Program-made: the position numbers and the translations under genes
The notes under the pieces: generated by a model
Databases searched by the model: none
What the model saw: only the letters and a program-made list of their open reading frames with translations
Told to the model about the DNA's origin: nothing
Shown here: one piece after another, positions 48,333-56,897 of the stretch
Layout: each line of letters starts with the position of its first letter
How positions within the stretch are numbered: the first letter of the stretch is position 1
From: a virus
Virus record (IMG/VR): IMGVR_UViG_3300021225_000468
Coordinates: 64,958 to 128,957 of that record
Reading direction: 5' to 3' (one strand)
Length of the DNA stretch: 64,000 nt

Positions 48333-48486
48333 TTTAAATAATCCAACTGAAATTAGTTACGAACCGAAAGAAGGTAAATGGAAAACAATAGTATCTCAAA
48401 CATATCAATTTGGTATTCCTGAACCAAAAGAAAACGAGATTCTATATAAATTTTCAGATAAAAGAGGTTATATTTACAAAAAATAG
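48244..48486 (+). repeat. Direct repeat copy 1 (about 240 nt; copy 2 at 49785-50027)
   Basis: Shared AAAAAATAAATGAAAGAATAAACGAAAGATTAAAAAATATGAAT...CAGATAAAAGAGGTTA. Confidence 0.85.
48295..48486 (+). CDS. 63-aa hypothetical protein, duplicate 1
   Basis: Paralogue of 49836-50027. Confidence 0.65.
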   Translation: MIILVKQPTFLINLNNPTEISYEPKEGKWKTIVSQTYQFGIPEPKENEILYKFSDKRGYIYKK

Positions 48487-48492
48487 AAGTAT

Positions 48493-48753
48493 ATGAATAA
48501 ATTACCTGAAAAGATAAAATTAAATGGTTATGGAGAAACAGTTGAGTTTTCTTTGAGCGAAAAACGAGAAATAAAATATTACGGCAAAACAAAAACATCA
48601 AATGAAAGTTTATGGAGAACAGAGAAGTTAAAAGATAATGAAGTATTCTATCAAACCGAATGGGGTTGGGGTGTTTTTGTTAATACTGATAAAATGGAAA
48701 CAATTAATGATGGCAGTGAATGGGAAAAACAAAAAATAGAAGTTTATGAGTAA
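48493..48753 (+). CDS. Hypothetical protein
   Basis: 86-aa ORF ending KIEVYE. Confidence 0.6.
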   Translation: MNKLPEKIKLNGYGETVEFSLSEKREIKYYGKTKTSNESLWRTEKLKDNEVFYQTEWGWGVFVNTDKMETINDGSEWEKQKIEVYE

Positions 48754-48955
48754 AATAATAATAAACGATGGTGCTGCGCTTTTACAACATTTATCTTTTT
48801 GGCATAACAAAACAGACGATGAATGCGCTGAATTAGCAAAAGATGAGAATGGTAACCTTGATGCTGAACAAGCATTAATAAATATGTTAGAAAGAGATTT
48901 TTGTACGAGCATAAATAATAATGTTGTTGAGGAATTAAAAAAACAAAATAAATAA
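48746..48955 (+). CDS. Hypothetical protein
   Basis: 69-aa ORF. Confidence 0.55.
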   Translation: MSKIIINDGAALLQHLSFWHNKTDDECAELAKDENGNLDAEQALINMLERDFCTSINNNVVEELKKQNK

Positions 48956-48956
48956 T

Positions 48957-49571
48957 ATGAAAGAAATAAAAACTAAAGAACCAACCTTTGAAGAGATAGC
49001 AGTAATCGAAAAAGCTACAGGTGGTAAAATAGGTACTTACGAGTGGTGGGTAGTTAGGGGAGTAACTGAGAGTTTTACAACCAATACAAAACCTTCTCAT
49101 GAAGATGACATTATCTATCACGGTGTTTTAGAAAACTCATTTATGAGCCAAGGTGGCGAATACATCGGTAATTACGATAAGGCTAAATGGTATTTGGAAA
49201 CACGCTTAAAGGTTTACGAGCCATATGCGGCAGGTGTTGCAATATCAATTGATGAGAATGGAAATATAGACGGCTATGTTGGCTATACACATAGAGGTGG
49301 AAGTATTTTCAAACTAGGAGAAAAGCTGTTTGATGCCTCATATGAGCCTAAAGAGGAAGACTACACCCCAGAAGAGTGGAAATCTTATATGGAAAAATAC
49401 GATAGAAAATTAGCCGAAGCAGAGGTTGAGGGTGATGAATGGTGGATAAATGATGTTAAGACTGACGGTATAAGAGCTGTTATCCCTTTTAAAAAGAGAG
49501 GTTCAAAGCTAATTGAAAATTGGAATGATGCTATTCAGGCAGCTATAAATATGAGTAAATACTTAAGCTAA
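48957..49571 (+). CDS. Hypothetical protein
   Basis: 204-aa ORF (GYTHRG...FKLGEKLF). Confidence 0.7.
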   Translation: MKEIKTKEPTFEEIAVIEKATGGKIGTYEWWVVRGVTESFTTNTKPSHEDDIIYHGVLENSFMSQGGEYIGNYDKAKWYLETRLKVYEPYAAGVAISIDENGNIDGYVGYTHRGGSIFKLGEKLFDASYEPKEEDYTPEEWKSYMEKYDRKLAEAEVEGDEWWINDVKTDGIRAVIPFKKRGSKLIENWNDAIQAAINMSKYLS

Positions 49572-49639
49572 ATCATTAAATGTTTATCCATTCGGTTCAA
49601 GAGAAATTATTGTTCAAGAATTTTACAAAATAGAGGGGT

Positions 49640-49873
49640 ATGAACCACAACAAGATTAACGAATCGGGATACAACGAAGCACCTAAATTTGGTCCTTCAC
49701 CGAATAATCCACCAATAGTAAAACTATCATTTAGAGAAAGATGTAGGTTAGGTAATTATACACCTTTTAATATTGAGAATTTAATGGGTGAAAAAATAAA
49801 TGAAAGAATAAACGAAAGATTAAAAAATATGAATAATGATAATAACAGTAAAACAACCGACATTCCTAATTAA
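49640..49873 (+). CDS. Hypothetical protein sharing its C-terminus with 47697-48332
   Basis: Ends KINERINERLKNMN.DN.SKTTDI.N. Confidence 0.45.
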   Translation: MNHNKINESGYNEAPKFGPSPNNPPIVKLSFRERCRLGNYTPFNIENLMGEKINERINERLKNMNNDNNSKTTDIPN

Positions 49874-50027
49874 TTTAGATAATGCAACAGAAATTAGTTA
49901 CGAACCAAAAGAAGGTAATTGGAAAACAATAGTAGTATCAACGTATAACCATGGAATACCTGAAATAAATAAAGATGAAATTCTTTATACGTTTTCAGAT
50001 AAAAGAGGTTACATTTACAAAAAATAA
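49785..50027 (+). repeat. Direct repeat copy 2
   Basis: Near-identical to 48244-48486. Confidence 0.85.
49836..50027 (+). CDS. 63-aa hypothetical protein, duplicate 2
   Basis: Paralogue of 48295-48486. Confidence 0.65.
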   Translation: MIITVKQPTFLINLDNATEISYEPKEGNWKTIVVSTYNHGIPEINKDEILYTFSDKRGYIYKK

Positions 50028-50031
50028 AATT

Positions 50032-50292
50032 ATGAAACAAATTTATGAACAAATAAAAAGGGAGAGCCAATTACCTGTTGCACTTTTAACATACACATAC
50101 AAAGATTTTGATGGTGTGTTACATCCATTTGGTAGTATTACTATAAATTTTAGAGATAGCGATGAAAAAAACATTGAACAAATGGAAAAAATAAAAAGTA
50201 AGTACGGAGAATTTTTTATGTTTTTTAATAATAGCACAGAAGGAAAAGAATTTTGGAAAAATAACCCAATAACAATAACACAGAAAAAATAA
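50032..50292 (+). CDS. Hypothetical protein
   Basis: MKQIYEQ... ORF. Confidence 0.55.
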   Translation: MKQIYEQIKRESQLPVALLTYTYKDFDGVLHPFGSITINFRDSDEKNIEQMEKIKSKYGEFFMFFNNSTEGKEFWKNNPITITQKK

Positions 50293-50296
50293 AATT

Positions 50297-51475
50297 ATGA
50301 ACCAAATAGATATTGATTATCAAAATTTAGTAAGAGACATTCTTGAGAACGGGCATAAAAAAAATGACCGTACAGGTACTGGGACTATAAGTGTCTTTGG
50401 TAGAACTATTAGACATTCTATGAAGGACGGATTTCCGCTTCTCACTACAAAGAAGATGGCGTGGAAAACAATGGTGACGGAGTTGTTGTGGTTCTTGCGT
50501 GGTGATACAAACCTTAGGTTTCTTGTAGACAGAAATTGTCACATTTGGGACGGGGACTGTTATCAAGCATATCTTAAAGAAACTAATCGTGAAATTGAGT
50601 TGAATAACGCTATGCAAAGCCATCCTCACTATGGATTATCACAAGAAGAGTTCATCAACAAAATCAAAACCGATGATGAGTTTGCAAAGAAGTGGGGTGA
50701 GTTAGGTCCAATCTATGGTAAACAATGGAGAAGATGGACACAATATGAAATAGATATGCCAGGTTTTGATGCTCATTTTAATGAAACAGAAACAGACCAA
50801 ATCCAAAACCTAATTAACGAACTTAAAACAAATCCCGATAGTCGAAGGATGATTGTGAACGCTTGGGCAGTTCACGATTTGGAAAAAATGGTACTGCCAC
50901 CATGTCACATGATGTTTCAGTTTTATACGAGGGAGTTGAGTTGGTACGATGACTTAGATAAAATTAAAGAAACATACGTTGATTGGAGTTTATCAAAACC
51001 TTCTGGTGGTTACGCTGGTGATATTAAGGCAGACACTATTGAATCAGCTAATCAGATATTTGTTAACGGGTGGCAAAAATACAAAGACCCATTCACAGGT
51101 AATCCTTTAATTGAACTTGAATGCTTTTCATCCATCCCTAAACGAGCAATCTCTCTACGATGGGACCAACGCAGTGTTGACGTTGGATTGGGTCTTCCAT
51201 TCAACATAGCAAGTTACGCTCTGCTATTGGAGATAATCGCAAAACAAGTAAACATGGTTCCTGAAGAACTGATTGGTGATTTAGGTGATTGTCATATCTA
51301 TAACAATCATATTGATGGACTGAAGGAGCAGTTAGATAGAATACCGTATGAGCTACCTAAGTTAGATATTCATCCAGGTATTTTAGATTATGATTTGGAT
51401 AAATTAGAAAAAGATATGTTTACTATTGAAAACTATCAATCACATCCTTCTATAAAACTTCCACTTTCAAATTAA
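50297..51475 (+). CDS. thyA: Thymidylate synthase
   Basis: DRTGTGT, FPLLTTKK, ELLWFL.G, GPIYGKQWR, DSRR, LPPCH, QRSVD..LGLPFNIASY, GDCHIY. Confidence 0.96.
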   Translation: MNQIDIDYQNLVRDILENGHKKNDRTGTGTISVFGRTIRHSMKDGFPLLTTKKMAWKTMVTELLWFLRGDTNLRFLVDRNCHIWDGDCYQAYLKETNREIELNNAMQSHPHYGLSQEEFINKIKTDDEFAKKWGELGPIYGKQWRRWTQYEIDMPGFDAHFNETETDQIQNLINELKTNPDSRRMIVNAWAVHDLEKMVLPPCHMMFQFYTRELSWYDDLDKIKETYVDWSLSKPSGGYAGDIKADTIESANQIFVNGWQKYKDPFTGNPLIELECFSSIPKRAISLRWDQRSVDVGLGLPFNIASYALLLEIIAKQVNMVPEELIGDLGDCHIYNNHIDGLKEQLDRIPYELPKLDIHPGILDYDLDKLEKDMFTIENYQSHPSIKLPLSN

Positions 51476-51480
51476 AAATA

Positions 51481-51645
51481 ATGGAAAAGAACACATTTAA
51501 AGTAGAGTACGATGACCAACCATTTTTTGTCATTGAAGACATCAATGCGATTTTAAAAGAATCATTTGGGATTCAAATTGAATGTGTATCACCTGAAGAT
51601 TCTGAAACATTAGAATATAAAATTTCAATTATTAAACCAAAATAA
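51481..51645 (+). CDS. Small hypothetical protein
   Basis: 54-aa ORF MEKNTFKVEY..., tightly packed. Confidence 0.5.
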   Translation: MEKNTFKVEYDDQPFFVIEDINAILKESFGIQIECVSPEDSETLEYKISIIKPK

Positions 51646-51646
51646 A

Positions 51647-51826
51647 ATGAACAATTACTTTACGCATTGGTACAAAACAATTATCAGAAATGGACTCAAA
51701 TCAATTAAGTTAGTTTTAGGATTAGGTATTTCATTTGGTGTTGGAACATCTGTAAATCTAATTCTTGGCATTCTAATTTTCGGATGGGTACTTGTTGATT
51801 CGTTGATTACTAAAACAGAACAATAA
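51647..51826 (+). CDS. Small membrane protein
   Basis: 59-aa hydrophobic ORF MNNYFTHWY... Confidence 0.5.
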   Translation: MNNYFTHWYKTIIRNGLKSIKLVLGLGISFGVGTSVNLILGILIFGWVLVDSLITKTEQ

Positions 51827-51827
51827 T

Positions 51828-51858
51828 TTTGTGATTATATAAAAAATTCTTACTTTTG
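51828..51858 (+). promoter_or_regulatory. Bacteroidota-type sigma-A promoter
   Basis: TTTG(51828)-N19-TACTTTTG(51851). Confidence 0.6.
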
Positions 51859-51874
51859 GTCAAAATTCACCAAA

Positions 51875-52159
51875 ATGAAAGTAATTTGTTCAACCACAGA
51901 GTATTATGTCGATGAAAATGGTAATCCTTCATCACATATCAGTGTACGTAAGGGTTCTGTTTATAATGTTATAAACGTTATAGATTCAAACGAATTTAAA
52001 AATGAATTTATTTCAAAACACAAAAGACCCCCTGCGGAAGGAAAATGGTATGAACTATTGGAAATAGTTGGTTTGCACCATGAAAGTAAGTTTGTTGAAT
52101 TACCTGATTACTTGTTTGAAGATAATGTCGAAACAAAAGAGAAAATAAATACTATATGA
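51875..52159 (+). CDS. Hypothetical protein
   Basis: 94-aa ORF. Confidence 0.6.
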   Translation: MKVICSTTEYYVDENGNPSSHISVRKGSVYNVINVIDSNEFKNEFISKHKRPPAEGKWYELLEIVGLHHESKFVELPDYLFEDNVETKEKINTI

Positions 52160-52407
52160 AATTAGAACTATTAAATAGTGAAGGACCGATTTTAACTGTT
52201 GTAAAAATAAATGAGGATAATACCGTATATAAATTGATTGACCAGTATAAAAAAGAATCAATAATTTCAAAACAAGATTTGTTAGATTTTATAGATGGTA
52301 AAATAAGTATAACAGACAGTAAAAATAAAACTTGGCATTATCCTTCTGAATCAGACGGAATGAAACAATCGTTGCATAAAATAAACGAATTTTTGAATAA
52401 ACTTTGA
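52156..52407 (+). CDS. Hypothetical protein
   Basis: 83-aa ORF with ATGA overlap. Confidence 0.6.
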   Translation: MKLELLNSEGPILTVVKINEDNTVYKLIDQYKKESIISKQDLLDFIDGKISITDSKNKTWHYPSESDGMKQSLHKINEFLNKL

Positions 52408-52453
52408 AATGTAAATAATTTTGTTTATATTTATAAAATCATTATTTGTTTGT

Positions 52454-52525
52454 GCCCCTAAAGCATATATGGTGATGCACCTGACTTGTAATCAGGAGAA
52501 ACAGATTCGAGTTCTGTTGGGGGCT
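52454..52525 (+). tRNA. tRNA-Thr(UGU)
   Basis: GCCCCTA/TGGGGGC-T; CCTGA-CTTGTAA-TCAGG. Confidence 0.88.
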
Positions 52526-52537
52526 CTCTTAAAATAT

Positions 52538-52612
52538 CGGGTAATGGGCTAACTGGTAAGCCTCCACGTTTGGGACGTGGACATCATGGGAGTTCGAATC
52601 TCTCTTACCCGA
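52538..52612 (+). tRNA. tRNA-Pro(UGG)
   Basis: CGGGTAA/TTACCCG-A; CCACG-TTTGGGA-CGTGG. Confidence 0.9.
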
Positions 52613-52703
52613 CAGTTGAATTTTACGTTCTAAATCAAAAAAATAAATATCATACCTCAAAAGGTATGATATTTGTATTTATTATAATACAAAAAAAATT
52701 ACT

Positions 52704-53156
52704 ATGAAAATTTTATTATTTATTTTTACTTTTTTATTAATCAATATTAATACGGGTATGATTTCACCTATGAAATCATTAACACATGAAAATTTATATG
52801 AACTATTGGTTGAATATGATGTAAAATATCCTGATATCGCATTTGCACAAGCATTGTTAGAAACAGGTAATTTCTCATCAAAATTATGTAAAACACAAAA
52901 TAATCTATTTGGTATGAAAGTACCATATAGAAGGGAGACAACTGCAATCGGTAAAAATAAAAGTGGTTATGCAAAATATAGTTCTTGGCACGATAGTGTG
53001 GAAGATTATGTTTTATTCCAAAAATTTGTTATGAGAAAAAAAGATATGACAAAAGAAGAATATATGTCATATATCGGTAAACATTATGCGTCAGATAAAA
53101 AATATCTAATCAAAATCAAACAAAAAATTAAAGAGTATAAATCACTATTTATTTAA
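52704..53156 (+). CDS. Glucosaminidase (GH73-like) cell-wall hydrolase
   Basis: AQALLETG, NNLFGMK, Y.SW.DSV.DY, YASD..Y; N-terminal signal. Confidence 0.85.
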   Translation: MKILLFIFTFLLININTGMISPMKSLTHENLYELLVEYDVKYPDIAFAQALLETGNFSSKLCKTQNNLFGMKVPYRRETTAIGKNKSGYAKYSSWHDSVEDYVLFQKFVMRKKDMTKEEYMSYIGKHYASDKKYLIKIKQKIKEYKSLFI

Positions 53157-53165
53157 AATAAAATT

Positions 53166-53423
53166 ATGGTCAACAAAAAAAACTATTTAGCAACAGTAAT
53201 TACTTTAATTATCTTTTGGGGATTATCATTTCTTGTGTATTTTCATTTTGAAAACATTAAGAGACTTCAGAAAGATTACACAGAAAATAAAAGAATTGTC
53301 GATAGTTTAATGGGTGAAATAACGTATAAAGATATTGAAATTGGTAGGTATGAAATAATATTAGATAGGATACAAACTAAAAATCCAACTTTATTAGAAG
53401 AGGTTATTCATGATATAGAATAA
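53166..53423 (+). CDS. Membrane-anchored coiled-coil protein (possible spanin-like)
   Basis: N-terminal TM helix, next to lysin. Confidence 0.55.
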   Translation: MVNKKNYLATVITLIIFWGLSFLVYFHFENIKRLQKDYTENKRIVDSLMGEITYKDIEIGRYEIILDRIQTKNPTLLEEVIHDIE

Positions 53424-53457
53424 AAAAAAAGGGTGACATAAAATCACCCTTTTTTTT
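53422..53457. terminator. Bidirectional terminator
   Basis: A9-GGGTGA-CATAAAA-TCACCC-T9. Confidence 0.8.
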
Positions 53458-53468
53458 GTATATGTGGT

Positions 53469-53645
53469 TTATTCACTTACTGATTTTTTCTTTACAATTA
53501 CAGACCATACAGCACCTACTAAAGTGACAACCGCACCCATAACTTCTTGTACCATATCTACGTCCATCAACCCTTTGGTGACTAACAAACCACCAACAAA
53601 AGTTAGACCGTGTCTAACGATACCTAATACTTGTTCTTTACTCAT
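53469..53645 (-). CDS. Small two-TM protein, putative holin (not in ORF track)
   Basis: MSKEQVLGIVRHGLTFVGGLLVTKG...GAVVTLVGAVWSVIVKKKSVSE, 58 aa; TATTTAT upstream. Confidence 0.7.
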   Translation of the reverse strand: MSKEQVLGIVRHGLTFVGGLLVTKGLMDVDMVQEVMGAVVTLVGAVWSVIVKKKSVSE

Positions 53646-53711
53646 AATTTTTAATTTTAAATTTGTTTATTTACAATAAATATCTTATAATTATGAATAT
53701 AAGTCAAAACT

Positions 53712-54092
53712 ATGTTCAGTTTATTCTTTGAATTACTATCCAAAATTGTTGAAATAATAAAAAACAATTCTGAAATGGATAGAACTAAAAAACTTGATAT
53801 ATCAGGAATACTAAGTGACATATCTTCAATTTTGTTAGATACTTCGGTGAAATTAAGTGAAGATAAGTATCCCCATAATAACTGTCAAATTATGGAAAAT
53901 TTGAGTCATGCTTTACATGAATCATTAGATGGATATGTTGACAATGACACAAGAAATAAAATTAAAGAGTTATTGGTTGAGTCTTCTCAATTAGAAAAAT
54001 TATACCAATTAAGAGAAAACAAAGAAATTATACGTGATTTAATGAGAATATCTGGCGAGTTTAAAGCAATGTCTATTTTAATTAAACTATAA
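53712..54092 (+). CDS. Hypothetical protein
   Basis: 126-aa ORF. Confidence 0.65.
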   Translation: MFSLFFELLSKIVEIIKNNSEMDRTKKLDISGILSDISSILLDTSVKLSEDKYPHNNCQIMENLSHALHESLDGYVDNDTRNKIKELLVESSQLEKLYQLRENKEIIRDLMRISGEFKAMSILIKL

Positions 54093-54095
54093 TAT

Positions 54096-54560
54096 ATGGT
54101 TAACAAATTTAGAACACTAAACGGAAGACACATTCCAAATATTGTTGAATATATCAAAGACTATTTGAAAGATAGAGATGATGTTGAATTATTAATCGGA
54201 GCAGATTCTCAGTCATTCAGTAATAGTATAACTAAATACGGTATTGTTATCGCCATGTATTCAAAAGGTAAAGGTGCACATGTTGTATGTACAAGAGAAA
54301 CATTACCTATCGAATGGAATACACAAACAAGACTGTTAAATGAAGTTTGGAAATCAATTGAAGTTGCAGAATTTTTAAAAGAAAATGGTTTACCTAAACC
54401 ACGATATATTGATGTCGATTTGAATCCCGACCCAAGATATAAATCAAATTCAATTTTAAGACAAGCGGTCGGAATGATTGAAGGCATGGGGTATAAAGCA
54501 AGATATAAAAAAGTGGGAGCATTAATACAATATGCAGCAAATCATTTAGTAAGAATTTAA
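54096..54560 (+). CDS. RNase H-like YkuK family protein (DUF458)
   Basis: IGADSQ, GKGAH, RLLNEVWKSIEVA, IDVDLN, AANHL. Confidence 0.78.
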   Translation: MVNKFRTLNGRHIPNIVEYIKDYLKDRDDVELLIGADSQSFSNSITKYGIVIAMYSKGKGAHVVCTRETLPIEWNTQTRLLNEVWKSIEVAEFLKENGLPKPRYIDVDLNPDPRYKSNSILRQAVGMIEGMGYKARYKKVGALIQYAANHLVRI

Positions 54561-54570
54561 AACTATAATT

Positions 54571-54822
54571 ATGAAATGTTTAAAAGCAATCAGAGAAAGT
54601 AAGTCATCAAAAATTGGTGATATTGTCAGAGTATCAAATAATGATGCCGATGAAAGGGTATCAACGGGTTATTGGATGTATGTCCCAAAAAAAGAATGGA
54701 AGGAATATACAAGAAAATCTGTAGAAACATCAAAAGAAACCACTAAAACGTTAGAAGTCAAACAAAAAAAGGAAGTAAAAGGTAAAAAAGAAAAAAAAGA
54801 TAAGAAAAGTTTGGATAAGTGA
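54571..54822 (+). CDS. Basic hypothetical protein
   Basis: 83-aa ORF (I.RVS...A...V..G.W.Y.PK.EWK). Confidence 0.65.
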   Translation: MKCLKAIRESKSSKIGDIVRVSNNDADERVSTGYWMYVPKKEWKEYTRKSVETSKETTKTLEVKQKKEVKGKKEKKDKKSLDK

Positions 54823-54902
54823 TTTGGTTAGCTTAATTTTATATTCATATCGGAAACGATATTAGTTCTTTAAAAAAAAGTTAGAAAAAAAGTCAAAAAA
54901 TA

Positions 54903-54965
54903 TTTGTTATTTCGATTTTCTTTCTTACCTTTGTTAAAGAATCAGAAACGATAAGTTCTTTGAAA
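54903..54965 (+). promoter_or_regulatory. Bacteroidota-type promoter plus boxA-like element upstream of the large ncRNA
   Basis: TTTG(54903)-N19-TACCTTTG(54926); AGTTCTTTGAAA at 54954. Confidence 0.65.
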
Positions 54966-54970
54966 ATAAA

Positions 54971-55790
54971 TACGGGCGGTCTATAGTCCATTTCCCTCGC
55001 AAGAGGGGATAAAGATAAACCATGAAAGTGGTATAAAGTGACTTGTTTTGGTTAAGACAGGTTGCGGTTCATCGAAAGATGAACTTGAGTAGAAAAGCGA
55101 GATATCATTAGACCTTGATTACCGAGGGTGACACTGTAGGGAAAGTGGTTTGATGACCAAGCGATGTGGGTCGTTTGGTTGAGGTGGGAACACCAATAAG
55201 AATAACTCGTAGAACTGTTGCAAGAAATATGGTCATCCAACCACATAATTGCGGAGTTCAATATTAAGGTGGTCTTAAAACCGAAAGGTAAGACTTCGTA
55301 CAGGTGGTGCTGTTGTGGTCCTTATCAAACACCTACCAAGGTGTTAGATATGAAGACAACCTAAAATATGGAGACAGGGATGTCTCAGAGAGTAGTTGTG
55401 TATTTTGTGGTTCAAAAGACTGCAAAGCACTGGTGACGGACCACTACTTTCATAATCCACAAACCAAAAACTTGCATTGTTATTGCAAAATAAAAATCAA
55501 GGAAAAGCGTCCGTCAGTTGTAATCGACAGGTCACTACTTAGTTACGAGATGTTCGTAGCCGTGAAAGGTCCCAAGCCTAACACGATTTTTATGAAAGTT
55601 CTCTAATCTCGCAAGGATTAATTGGGGAGGCATCCTCGAAGAGTAACAATTAGTAAGAGAGTGGTTTACAACTCAAGGATTGGTTAATCTAATTGACCGT
55701 GACTGAGGATTACTTCTCAAAAGGAAGTGGATATGAAGGGAACCAATAATCCTTCTAAAGATTCTCAATAAAACTTGTAATCTCAGAGTT
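54971..55790 (+). ncRNA. Large structured ncRNA, probably GOLLD-like (boundaries approximate)
   Basis: About 820 nt, GC-richer than its flanks, many hairpins (CCCTC-GCAA-GAGGG, ACCAT-GAAA-GTGGT, GTTCATC-GAAA-GATGAAC, ACC-GAAA-GGT), own promoter and terminator; size and phage/tRNA context fit GOLLD. Confidence 0.68.
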
Positions 55791-55803
55791 TTTTCAAATT
55801 ATT

Positions 55804-55830
55804 ACCCAACCCAAAAAGTTGGGTTTTTTT
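55804..55830 (+). terminator. Intrinsic terminator of the large ncRNA
   Basis: ACCCAAC-CCAAAAA-GTTGGGT-T6. Confidence 0.8.
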
Positions 55831-55862
55831 GTGCATATATATATTTATTATTATTAGACCAT

Positions 55863-56321
55863 ATGAATAAAAATAAATCTTCAAAATTTAATGATATGTT
55901 ATCCAAATTAGGTGAATATATTTTGTTTATTAGTGCGTCCTCATTTATTATTTATTTTGTTTTCAAATTTTTGTTTGGTACACCTATACAACAAAAATCA
56001 AATCATGATAACATTGTACAAGTACTTAATCAAGTTGATACAATAAAAGCCATGGAATCATTTAACATGGATGGCATTTATAGTATTAAAGACACATTAA
56101 GTCAAATGGTAATTTCGATAAATGAATTAAATCAAACAGTACAAAATCAAACACAAGAGATTAATAACATGAAAAAAGTTGTTAATCAAAAAATACAAAC
56201 CGCAAATCGAATTATTAATATAAATGGACCAAAGGATACTTCATCAACTAATTATAATTCAAATAAAAACGAAAAATTAGATAGTTTTTTTAGAGCGAGA
56301 TATAATATAAAAAATAAATAA
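55863..56321 (+). CDS. Membrane-anchored coiled-coil protein
   Basis: TM helix followed by coiled coil. Confidence 0.65.
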   Translation: MNKNKSSKFNDMLSKLGEYILFISASSFIIYFVFKFLFGTPIQQKSNHDNIVQVLNQVDTIKAMESFNMDGIYSIKDTLSQMVISINELNQTVQNQTQEINNMKKVVNQKIQTANRIININGPKDTSSTNYNSNKNEKLDSFFRARYNIKNK

Positions 56322-56322
56322 T

Positions 56323-56769
56323 ATGAAAAGATTAATATTATTATTTTTAATTTTTAATATTAATCATCTTTTTTCTCAAGATTTCATAAAAGAAAAAAAA
56401 TATCAAGGAGACCCTTTATTTGATTTTGTTACCGAATGGTGGGGTGTTAAATACCGTTATGGAGGAGAAACAAAAAAAGGAATAGATTGTAGTGCATTCA
56501 CATTAAAGTTATTTGATAAAGTTTATAACGTAAAATTACCAAGAACAGCATCAGAACAATATAGATTAACATCAAGAATAAAAAAAGAAGAATTAAAGGA
56601 TGGTGATTTGGTTTTTTTCAGAACAAATTATATGTCCACTTGGCATGTTGGTGTTTACTTAACAGATGGGTGGTTTATACATTCAAAAGGAAGAGTTGGG
56701 GTAACATTTGATAATTTGGAGAATCCCAAATATCAAAGACTTTATTATGGTGCAGGAAGAATTCAATAA
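56323..56769 (+). CDS. NlpC/P60 peptidoglycan endopeptidase
   Basis: YRYGG...GIDCSAF, LPRTA..Q, GDLVFF, HVGVY, FIHS; signal peptide. Confidence 0.92.
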   Translation: MKRLILLFLIFNINHLFSQDFIKEKKYQGDPLFDFVTEWWGVKYRYGGETKKGIDCSAFTLKLFDKVYNVKLPRTASEQYRLTSRIKKEELKDGDLVFFRTNYMSTWHVGVYLTDGWFIHSKGRVGVTFDNLENPKYQRLYYGAGRIQ

Positions 56770-56867
56770 TTAGTTGACTTTAATTAAAAAAATAATTATA
56801 TTATTATTGTTTCCTTGTTTAGAAAAATTAGGTGGTGGAACTGTGACCTTTGCTGGTCAACCCAATA

Positions 56868-56896
56868 AAAAACCGAGATAAAACTCGGTTTTTTTT
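56868..56896. terminator. Bidirectional terminator
   Basis: AAAAAACCGAG-ATAAAA-CTCGGTTTTTTT. Confidence 0.8.
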
Positions 56897-56897
56897 A

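Noticed and set aside
50930-51145. Intein or intron in thyA
   Set aside because: The insertion is in frame, short, and lacks C/S...HN intein ends and group I core motifs.
53464-53679. Plus-strand 71-aa ORF
   Set aside because: It is the shadow of the more credible minus-strand two-TM gene 53469-53645.
55052-55606. ORFs 55052-55261 (-) and 55304-55606 (+)
   Set aside because: They lie inside the structured ncRNA and have atypical codon use and no recognisable motif.
54971-55790. rRNA fragment, RNase P RNA or group II intron
   Set aside because: I found no rRNA signature, RNase P P4 motif or group II domain V by eye, and no host gene is interrupted.
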